Origin: a virus
Taxonomy: Duplodnaviria; Heunggongvirae; Uroviricota; Caudoviricetes
Strand: one strand, 5' to 3'
DNA: 64,000 nt
Virus record (IMG/VR): IMGVR_UViG_3300046507_000639
Span: 64,001 to 128,000 of that record
Positions 25,492 through 36,100 of this stretch are shown piece by piece (within the stretch, counting starts at the first letter, position 1; each line of letters opens with the position of its first letter). Made by a program: the position numbers and the translations under genes. A model generated the notes under the pieces. The model did no database searches. It was not told where the DNA came from and worked only from the letters and a program-made list of their open reading frames with translations.

Positions 25492-27483
25492 TCAGAACTG
25501 TCCGACCACTTCTGCGAAGTCGACTCCGGTCCTGACGGCCACGAAGTTGAGCTGGATGAAGTTGATCGAGCGCGCCGGAGCGATGTAGATATCGCCGACG
25601 AACTGGTTGTTGTCGATGACGTCCGGCGTGTTGTTGGTCTCGTCGCAGACGATCTTGTACGAAGACAGACCGCGGCGGCCCTGCACGTCACGGAGGTACG
25701 GCTCGACCATGTTGCGGAACTGAGCACGGGTGAACGAGTCGTTGAACTCGAACAGCGTGTACTTAGCAGCCGTGGCGATGGCCTTCTCGAGGACGATGAA
25801 GAGGCGGCGGACGTTGATGCGGTCGAAGGCCGACGCCTTGGTCTGCAGCGTCTTGTCACCGTAGAGGATCGTGCCCTCGCCTGTGAAGTTGACGACCGGG
25901 TTGATGTTGCTGCTGTAGAGCAGGTCGCGGTCGCCCATGTCCGGGTTGTACGCGAGCTTCGTGACGTTCTTGATGGCGCCGCGGTTGAAGCCAGCGGGAG
26001 ACCACCACGGGTCACGGGTGACGTCGGTGCGGACCACGAGGCCGGCGACGTCGCCGTTCAGCGGCACCCAGCGGTAGGTGTCGTTGTACTTGTCGTACTG
26101 GTACTTGTAGCCGCTGTCCATCACGCCGTAGGAAGACGAGCCGAGGACTTCACGCGTGAGGATGACCGACTCTGCTTCCTGGAACGGGTTGTTGACGACG
26201 TCGCTGATCTGCGGCGAGACGAGCGCGATGCAGTCCTTGCGGTACTCCGCGATGTTCTCGATGATGTACTGTGCGAGGCCCATGCCGCGGACGCCGTGGG
26301 AAGCCACTGCCTTGCCGTTCATGACCAGCGAGATGTCGACCTGAGTCGCGTCGCGGAACTGGTTGTAGGCGCGGATCATGTCGCCGAGGCCGATGGTGCT
26401 CTCGGTAGCACCCGCGTTGCCGCCGCCGAAGGAAGCGGTGTATGCGCGGTCGGTGGTAGCAGCCGTCGCGGTCGACGCGTCGCTGATGACGTCGGCGCCT
26501 ACGCGAGAGTTAGCGTACCAGACCCAGTTGGAAGACTGGTTGAGTACGTCCTTGTAGAAGATGGAGCCGCCCTGCTCTCCCTTGGCGTTCGAGACGCGAG
26601 AGAGACCCTGCCAGACTTCGAGGACCTGGTCGGGGGTGCCGGTGATCTTGCCGTCTTCGTCGACGATGACGATGTGGAGCTCGTCGCCCGTGCCGCCGCG
26701 GTTGTCCGTGTAGGTCGTCGTGGTCGGGGCGCCGTTCACCGAGTTGAAGAACTCCCAGTAGCGCTTGATCGAAGCGGTCTCGGTGAAGTCCGACGTGAGG
26801 TAGTAACGCTCGTAGAACGTCACGTTCGCGGTGGAGTTACCGTTAGCCGTAGCGGTGTTGCTGACCGATGCGATCTGGAGGTACTGCGTGCCGATGGTGG
26901 TGTTGCCGACGTTCACCCAGTCGTTGACCGCGAGGTCGTTGAGCAGCGGGATGTTGTTGCCGGTGGAGGTCACGACCGCGGTGTTCGAGCCGACGCTGAA
27001 TGCGACGGTCGTGTTGGAGATCGAGATGGTCTTCGAGTAGGCGTTGGCAGAGTCGCAGACGCTGATCTTCAGCGAGTTGCCGGGAGTGCCGGGCCACTTA
27101 GCGAAGTACTGCTGCTGGGTGTTCGCGAACGTGAGCGTGTCGTAGTGCGTCGCGTTCTTGATCTGAGTGTTGGACGTGGCCAGGTCTGCAGTGTTCGAGA
27201 TGGCTACCGCGTTGAAGGTGTTGATCGTCGCAGCGCGCGAGACCCACAGCTTGTTGCCGTAGTCGAGGAAGTTAGAGCCCGTGAACCACGTCTCAAAGTT
27301 ATCGTCGTTAGGCTTGCCGAAGCGGGTCGCGAGCTCGTCCTGAGAGCTGATGAGGTCGCGGTCTTCTACCGGTCCCCATGCAAAAACGCCACCCAGCGCT
27401 CCTTCCGTCGTGGAGACGGCCGGGACGATGGTCGTCAGGTCGATTTCGCTGACGCTGACTCCCGGGCTTACAGTGAACGCCAT
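25492..27483 (-). CDS. gp18: Tail sheath protein
   Basis: SPGVSVSEIDLT, FAWGP, GYKYQYDKYND.YRWVP.NGD+AGL, PWWSPAG.NRG, FDRINVRRLF, FEFND.FTR. Confidence 0.97.
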   Translation of the reverse strand: MAFTVSPGVSVSEIDLTTIVPAVSTTEGALGGVFAWGPVEDRDLISSQDELATRFGKPNDDNFETWFTGSNFLDYGNKLWVSRAATINTFNAVAISNTADLATSNTQIKNATHYDTLTFANTQQQYFAKWPGTPGNSLKISVCDSANAYSKTISISNTTVAFSVGSNTAVVTSTGNNIPLLNDLAVNDWVNVGNTTIGTQYLQIASVSNTATANGNSTANVTFYERYYLTSDFTETASIKRYWEFFNSVNGAPTTTTYTDNRGGTGDELHIVIVDEDGKITGTPDQVLEVWQGLSRVSNAKGEQGGSIFYKDVLNQSSNWVWYANSRVGADVISDASTATAATTDRAYTASFGGGNAGATESTIGLGDMIRAYNQFRDATQVDISLVMNGKAVASHGVRGMGLAQYIIENIAEYRKDCIALVSPQISDVVNNPFQEAESVILTREVLGSSSYGVMDSGYKYQYDKYNDTYRWVPLNGDVAGLVVRTDVTRDPWWSPAGFNRGAIKNVTKLAYNPDMGDRDLLYSSNINPVVNFTGEGTILYGDKTLQTKASAFDRINVRRLFIVLEKAIATAAKYTLFEFNDSFTRAQFRNMVEPYLRDVQGRRGLSSYKIVCDETNNTPDVIDNNQFVGDIYIAPARSINFIQLNFVAVRTGVDFAEVVGQF

Positions 27484-27520
27484 ATGAGTTCTCCTTGTGA
27501 AATGTGAATGTTCTTTGGGA

Positions 27521-27528
27521 TATTTATT
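27521..27528 (-). promoter_or_regulatory. Late promoter for gp18
   Basis: AATAAATA followed by TCCCAAAGA. Confidence 0.75.
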
Positions 27529-27562
27529 CTTTTGGGTATTTACATTCCCAGAGAAAGGAGAC

Positions 27563-29584
<2,022 letters not shown>

Positions 29585-29592
<8 letters not shown>

Positions 29593-30400
29593 CGTCTATG
29601 ATGTCGCTCCTCACGACTATGTACGCCCAGTCGTCGTCTTCCTCGACCTGCTGGTACGGGATGGCGGTCGCGGGGTCGGTCGTCGGCTCACCGTTTGCAG
29701 TCAGACCCGGCCAGGTCTCGGTCTTCGAGTAGACCGGAGTCTGCACGAGGTCGGGGTAGAGGTCTACCGTGGCGAACTTGATCACCTTCGCGAGGCCGCC
29801 GGTGTTGGTGAAGTACCAGCCCTTGAGCGTGAAGTTAAGCGTCCAGACGATCCGTCGGCCGTCAAGGAAGCTGCCCTCGTAGGTGTCCTCGTGCGTGACG
29901 GTGTTCAGGACGATCGATATGTCTTTCTTGTACTCAGGCACGCTGTCGAGCAGGTGTGCCGACAGCGTGATGTCCGGGCGGAAGAACGGGAGGATCTGCT
30001 CGACGATCTTGAAGCCGTCCTCGAGTGTCTTCGTGATGATCGAGAGCTCGTAGCTGAGGTTCCACGGCACCGGGTTGAGGACCGCGTGAGACGACCCGCC
30101 TGAGATGACTCGGTTGACGCCGGCCGGGTTCAGGGCGCGGGACGCATCGTATGACATGTCCTTGAGCTCGTAGGATATGCGCGGCAGGATGATCGCGCGG
30201 TCGCGGTCGAGGTTGGGGTCCTCCACCACGCGGGCGAGCCACTTCTCACGCGGGCCGTAGCCGAGCGGGACCTTCCAGTCGTCGACCTTCGGGTTCGTCC
30301 CGTCGCTTCGGGATATCCATATGTCGTTGAAGAGAGTGCCGAACAGGGCCGTGTACTTCTTCGTGAGCGCGTCGTAGAACTCTCCGGACTGGCCTAGCAT
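29585..30400 (-). CDS. gp15: Tail sheath stabiliser / tail terminator
   Basis: FGTLFNDI, VPL.YGPREKWLAR, LPRIS+E, PVPWNL.YELSI, QIVEQILPFF.P-like segment. Confidence 0.9.
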
Positions 30401-31035
30401 CAGAACTCTCCGAACGGTGTGTTAGCGCTCCAGTCGAGGACCGTGTTGGCCTCCACCTGGATCGGGTCGTTCTGGTTGAACGCATCGTGGTCGATGTCGG
30501 TGACCGTGTCGTACTTGGCCGCGATGCCGTCGATGGAGCCGTTGCCCGTCGCGAATATCTCGTTGGAGTACTCGAACAGGTCGCACTTGAGCTCGTAGGA
30601 CTGGATCTTGCCGAGCTGGTAGAAGATGGCGGCGTTCTCGACGTACGATATCTGGTAGCAGGCCTTCGTCATCGGGATGAAGATGAGGTCTCCCTCGTCA
30701 GGACGCGTCTTGCCAGAGACCGGCGCCACGAACTGGTTGAATGATCTGATGGACATCTGCAGTGTCATAGAGTCACGCACTTCCATGCCGAACTTCGACA
30801 GGAAGACGTTCTCACCGCCGAAGGACGAGAAGTTCTTGATGTAGACCTCGACGTTGGCGGTGTTAGAGAACGACGAGTACTCCATCTCGTTGAAGATGGT
30901 GTCGGGGTTCACGCCGTGTCGCGGGATGTAGACAACGTCGTGCGCGTAGAACTTGATGGCCTCGACCACCAGGTTCTCGACGAGGTTCTGCTCGTTGTTC
31001 GCATTGAAGTTGTTCAGGTACGGGTTACTGGCCAT
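30400..31035 (-). CDS. gp14: Neck protein
   Basis: EQNLVENL+.E.IK, YIPR, SKFG+E+RD, RP.EGDLI+.P, FYQLG. Confidence 0.92.
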   Translation of the reverse strand: MASNPYLNNFNANNEQNLVENLVVEAIKFYAHDVVYIPRHGVNPDTIFNEMEYSSFSNTANVEVYIKNFSSFGGENVFLSKFGMEVRDSMTLQMSIRSFNQFVAPVSGKTRPDEGDLIFIPMTKACYQISYVENAAIFYQLGKIQSYELKCDLFEYSNEIFATGNGSIDGIAAKYDTVTDIDHDAFNQNDPIQVEANTVLDWSANTPFGEF

Positions 31036-31042
31036 GTATATT

Positions 31043-31783
31043 CTAGCCGATCATAAAGGCAGTGACCATCGAGTTCTGGATGAGGTTCTCTTCCAGCTCG
31101 TTCACTTCTTCGTCTGCCTCGTCGAAGATCTGCTGACCGTTGAAGGTCACGCCGCCTGGCATGTTGATGCCGCTGAACTTCTTGAGGTTGTTGCCCCACT
31201 GCCTCTTGATGAGCGCGGTCGCGTACTTCAGGAGCCAGCGGTCTTTCCACACGTCGGGGTAGATCTCGGGGTCTACGATCTGGTATGCCTCGGCGATGAC
31301 GTACTCGCCCGCCGCGATCTTGTTCTTGTCCATGTCGATGTACAGCTTGTTCACGTTACGGTTGTAGCGGATGGGCTGCTGGCCGACGAGGATCTGTTCG
31401 ATGAACTGCAGGTTCTCGAAGGTCATCCAGAACGGGATGAGGTCGACGCCCGAGAAGGCGTAGAGGTCGTTCAGGGCGATCTGGTACTGGATAGAGAACA
31501 TGCCGCCCGAAGCCGAGATAGCAGTGCCGATGTTGAAGATGGACACCACGCCGATGTAGTCCTCAGGCATCGTGATGTAGCCGTTGTCGAGGTCTGTCTG
31601 GGTCATCTGGTGGGCGTAGTACATCTTACTCGTGCCGTCCCAGTGGTAGTCGTAGTACATCTTCAGGGCGTCGTCGACGCGGTCGTCCAGCTGGGTCGGG
31701 TCGACGTCAATGTTGATGACGGGGGAGCCGAGCCTGCGCAGGCAGTTGTCGATGAACTCTTGACGCGTAGTGGGTATGGCCAT
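31043..31783 (-). CDS. gp13: Neck protein
   Basis: R.EF...CLRRLG.PVINI.V...Q+.DRVD.AL, D.WL.KYATALIKRQWG.NL.KF.G..+PGGVT.NG. Confidence 0.93.
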   Translation of the reverse strand: MAIPTTRQEFIDNCLRRLGSPVINIDVDPTQLDDRVDDALKMYYDYHWDGTSKMYYAHQMTQTDLDNGYITMPEDYIGVVSIFNIGTAISASGGMFSIQYQIALNDLYAFSGVDLIPFWMTFENLQFIEQILVGQQPIRYNRNVNKLYIDMDKNKIAAGEYVIAEAYQIVDPEIYPDVWKDRWLLKYATALIKRQWGNNLKKFSGINMPGGVTFNGQQIFDEADEEVNELEENLIQNSMVTAFMIG

Positions 31784-31786
31784 TCG

Positions 31787-32983
31787 TCACGCCTTTATGA
31801 TGTACATCATCGAGACGTTGCGAGGGCGTGTCTCACTGCCCGATCCAGCACCGGTGTCGGTGGTGAAGGTGTGGCTGTGTGCGCCGCCTGCGACGACTGA
31901 GATGTTGTGGCTGTGTGCGCCGGCGGCCTGTATGCTGATGTTGGTCAGAGCGCCGAAGATGCCGATGCCGGTGAAGGCGCCGTTGATGCCGATGCCCGTG
32001 CCGTTGACGCTCGTGGCGCGGCCGAGGTCGGTAGACTGTCCAGAAGCAGCGCCTGTGCCCGAGCCGTTGTTGCCGACGGTGCCGTTGAACGTACGGTCGG
32101 CGTACGAGTGCGCGTGGCCTGGGTCAGATATCGAGTGAGCGTGTCCGGGGTCCGAGACAGAGTGCGCGTGGCCTGGGTCGTTGACACCGTGAGCGTGGTT
32201 GCCCTGGACGTCAGCGGTCGCGGTGTGGGTGTGTGATCCCGCCGAGCTCGTCGTGCCCGAGTGCGTGTGGGCCTTGAACGACTCGTCCTGGAAGCTGCCG
32301 AGCGTTCGTCCCGAGTCTACGCCGCGTCCGTGGTCCCAGCCTCGGATGAACTCGCCGCGGAGGTCGGGCAGGTTGAACGTCGTGCTGCCGTCACCGGCGC
32401 CGTAGAGCGTTCCGATGACCGCGAAGAGCGTGGAGTACGTCGACCTGGACTTGGCAGAGCCGTCGCACTCGAACCAGGAGTTCGGCGCAGTGTTGCCCGC
32501 GAAGGCCGTGATGGAGCCTGACGGCAGCACCTGGTTCGCGTAAGAGACCGCGTTGGAGTAGGCCGTATTGGCGGCTGATGAGATCGCGTTCGTGAGGGAG
32601 TTCGAGACGGCGTTGACGTCAGCCGTAGTGGCGAGGCGCGTCCCGGCAGCGGTGACCGCGCCGTTGGAGTAGAGCCTGAGGGTGTTGTTCGCGTCGGAAG
32701 ATGCGATGACTATAGAGTCGGAAGTGGCGTCGTGAGTGATCGAGCCGACGAGCAGGTTGGCGTCGTTGTAGAAGCGGTACGACGCGGTGTTGCCCGTGAC
32801 GGTGATCTTCTGAGCGTAGATGTCGCCCGTGATGGCCACGTTCGCTCCCGCGTCAGTCGGCATGCCGTTCGCGTAGACCGCCTTGTTGGCGAGCGATACG
32901 AGGTTGTTGGTCAGGTTCAGGAAGTACTGGAACGTGTCACCGTTCGCGGCAGTGTTTCCCGGTATGAGGTTGGGCGATGCCAT
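31787..32983 (-). CDS. Tail-collar-domain fibre protein with His-x-His repeats (gp12-like short fibre)
   Basis: Collar motif P.G.I..FAG..AP..W..CDG...SR.TY..LF.+IGT.YG.GDGSTTFNLPDLRG.F+RG, then HTH/HAH/HSH repeats. Confidence 0.8.
   Translation of the reverse strand: MASPNLIPGNTAANGDTFQYFLNLTNNLVSLANKAVYANGMPTDAGANVAITGDIYAQKITVTGNTASYRFYNDANLLVGSITHDATSDSIVIASSDANNTLRLYSNGAVTAAGTRLATTADVNAVSNSLTNAISSAANTAYSNAVSYANQVLPSGSITAFAGNTAPNSWFECDGSAKSRSTYSTLFAVIGTLYGAGDGSTTFNLPDLRGEFIRGWDHGRGVDSGRTLGSFQDESFKAHTHSGTTSSAGSHTHTATADVQGNHAHGVNDPGHAHSVSDPGHAHSISDPGHAHSYADRTFNGTVGNNGSGTGAASGQSTDLGRATSVNGTGIGINGAFTGIGIFGALTNISIQAAGAHSHNISVVAGGAHSHTFTTDTGAGSGSETRPRNVSMMYIIKA
32110..32190 (-). repeat. Three tandem 27-nt coding repeats (DPGHAHSxx)
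   Basis: DPGHAHSVS-DPGHAHSIS-DPGHAHSYA with diverged synonymous sites. Confidence 0.75.
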
Positions 32984-33174
32984 CAGCGTCCTTCGTTGAG
33001 TTTAGCGAGTATGGCCGTCAGCAGCTCTTCTACTCGCGACACTTTATCTTCAAGCTTATTTATCCTCTCGGACTGCAGCTTGCGAGTCTTGTACGCGTCG
33101 GCCGCGGCGCGGTCGGTGTTGACCACCGCGCCCGGGTTGCTGCCTAGCCTCTTGAACTTGTGGTCCATGCTCAC
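32983..33174 (-). CDS. Small coiled-coil protein following the large baseplate gene
   Basis: GAVVNTD..A..AYK.RK....RI..LE..V..+..LL. Confidence 0.7.
   Translation of the reverse strand: MSMDHKFKRLGSNPGAVVNTDRAAADAYKTRKLQSERINKLEDKVSRVEELLTAILAKLNEGR
33057..33064 (-). promoter_or_regulatory. Embedded late promoter GATAAATA
   Basis: AT-rich patch upstream of the fibre gene. Confidence 0.55.
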
Positions 33175-33175
33175 C

Positions 33176-36100
33176 TCACTTCTGCAGCGCGATGGCGCGG
33201 ATGTCAGACATCCGAGGTACCTTCGCGGTGCTGTCCGAGAGCAGGACGACCTTGAAGCAGAACGTCTTGTAGCCGACGATGAGTGCGCCGTCAGAGCGGG
33301 CGTACTGTACGATGCCGTTGTTGAGGTACGCCGTCGTCTTCGAGCCGACCGATGCCAGGACAGAGGTCGGGAGACCGTACTGGAACTCTCGGTAGTCGGT
33401 CACGTCGATGGGAGATGAGTACAGCTTGGAGCTGCCGTCAGTCATCTGCATCTGGGTCCAGAGCTTGTCGTCGAACGCCTCGCCGTCTTCTGCTCCGAGG
33501 AGCTTGACGTAGACCTGAATGTCGGTTCCGACCGGGCGGTACGCGCCGATGTAGACCAGTGCGTCCTCAGCCACTCCGACCGAGTCGTCAAGCACGATGT
33601 TCTTCGAGACGTACTTCGTCACGGCATTGCCGTAGCGGGTGTACTCGTTGGTCGAGTCGTCGTTGATCACGTTCTCGATCATCAGGCCGGCCTTGCGGCG
33701 GAGGTCGATGACGGGCGAGATGTACATGTTAGAGGTCGTCAGCGTGATCGAGAACGTCGCGCTCTTGGCTCCCGCCAGGCTGTCCATCTCGTTAGAGCGG
33801 GAAGCCACGACTCGAGGATAGTCGAGCAGCTCGGTCTCTACCTCAGGAGTCAGGGTGACCTGAGCGGAGTCAGGTGAGTAGGTCTCGTCCACGCCCGCGA
33901 ACTTGTAGGTCAGTGAGGTCAGGGCCGGGTTGATTGCCGCGAACCTCGGGACCACCGCGTTGTAGAGCGGGTCGTCGACGGTGACGATAGTGGTGTTGGC
34001 GATCAAGGTGTTCGCGTTGAACGATGCCGACACGGAGTTCGCTGATCGGTGGAACTCGATGACGTCGCCTGGCTCCAGGTTTCCGTTCGAGGTGTCGATC
34101 TGAATGAAGTCAGAGGCCTCGTCGACCGTCTGGACTCGTCCGGACGCGTAGTTCGTGTTGGCGGTGTTGGATATCCTCACTCCACCCACGACCTTGATGA
34201 TGTAGTCGCCCGGCTCGACGTCGAAGGAGTTGTTGGCCTTCGTGAGTCCGTTGATCGTGAGGAAGTCGTCGTCCTCGTTGGTGAACACCGCGGTGCCCGA
34301 GCCGACAGTAAAGTTGGCACGGTACAGGCGGAACTTCATGTCCTCGGTCTGGTTCGCAGTCCACGTGGTCATGTTGGCCGAGACGAACAGTACGCCCGAG
34401 TACGGGTTCGAGTAGACCTGTTCACCCGTGATGACGTCGTAGTTACCGATCTCGGAGATCCACAGGTTGTAGTCGGGAGAGTTGCCGTCAGGCTTCACGA
34501 GGAACGCGTAGTCTTTGCCGTTCTCGAGGTAGACTGGGTTCACGAAGGTGAACTGCGTCTCCGCGGTGGCGTCGGCCGAAACGTTGATCTGCGAGGAGGT
34601 CAGGTACGCGCGGCCGAAGAACTTCGAGGAGTCTGGCAGGCCGAGGGTGGTCTCGACGACGAAGACGGAGCAGCCGAGGGCAGCGTCCTTCGAGCTGAAG
34701 TACAGGCCGACCTTGGTGAGGAAGAGTCCGGAGGCGTTCGACGGGACCGTAGCAGTGAAGCTCTGTGCGATCGGGTCGTCGTGTCCGCCGTGGTTGCCCG
34801 AGTGACCTCCGCCGCCCTCGATGGAGGGACCCTGTGGGTTGATCGTGGTGGTCTGGGTGCTGCTGCGGGTCTGGGTCGAAGACGACGAGTTGATCTCGGT
34901 CGTCAGGGTCGTCAGGGTCGTCGTGCCGCTCGTCACGGAGATGGACGAAGCGGTGTAGAGCGCGGTCGCCTCGGTGAGGATGCTGCCCGCCTGGACGACG
35001 AGGTCGGTCACGTTAGTGACGATGAGCTCGCGGTCTCCGTTCAGGAACGTGCTGTCAGGTATCTTGAACATACCGTAGACGTTACCCGAGCCGTCAGACT
35101 TGATGGCGGTGCCGTAGTTCGCGGTCCTGTTGAGGATCTTGTTCTCGGAGCCGGCCTCGAAGTTCGTGAGGCCCGACGGCGTCGCGGGAGCGCAGAAGGA
35201 GTCGACCAGCTTGTTGTCGAAGAAGATGTGCATGCTGGTGTTCGGCTTCATGCCGGTCGCGATGAACGCCACCTCACGAGAGCGAATGTAGGTGTTCTGC
35301 GTGACGTCCGTGACGTACTTGCCGGTCGTGATAGTGTTCGCGACGGTCGCGGCAGTAGTCGTGGTGATGATCTGCTCGGAGGTCGTCGTGGTGGAAGACG
35401 ACGAGCTGTTGGCGGACGTGTTGGTGGCGACCGTCCTCCAGTCACCGTAGGTCGTGCCGGTCGTGACGGGAGTCGTCAGGTCCTGCGTGACGTTGAGGGT
35501 GGCGCCCGAGTCGATCTCCTGGGTGAAGTAGTCGTAGGTCGGGTAGAGGTTGAGCTTGCCGTTCCACGCCCAGTACGCGCCGGTGGCGTTGCGGGTGTTG
35601 GTGGCGTAGCGCTGGTCGACGAACAGCTCGTGGGTGTACGGCGCCGTGATGAGGTGGCCGGTCTTGGTCACGCTCGAGGACAGGTCGGCCCTGTAGGCGA
35701 AGTCGATGTTGTGCTGCTTGAAGTTCGGGCGGGCGATGCCCTTGTCGGGGTCGATAGCGATCGAGTACTCGATGTCGGTGGTCTTGCCGTTGTCGTCGTT
35801 GTCGAACGAGTCGGCGAAGATGCCGTTCTTGAAGCGGTCGAGGCCGTTCGCGTCGGTGACCGAGGTGTCCTTGGCCTTCTGCTCGAGGAGGTTCAGGGCG
35901 GCGTAGTACTCGAGGCGCGTGATGCGGGTGTCGAGCGTGCCGATGTCCTTCTCGGTGTAGACGCGGTTCGTCTTGATGTCGATGTCGATCTCGAGGTCAG
36001 AACGGTTGAACGAGATGGCTTCCTTGGAGGACAGCGACGGGTACGGCGTGATGTAGGTCTCGGCGATCACCGCCGTGTCGACTTCGTTGACCGGAGCGAG

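Noticed and set aside
32110-32190. Short tandem repeats as a CRISPR-like array
   Set aside because: They are in-frame coding repeats with no spacers and no cas genes. No CRISPR array was seen anywhere in the window.
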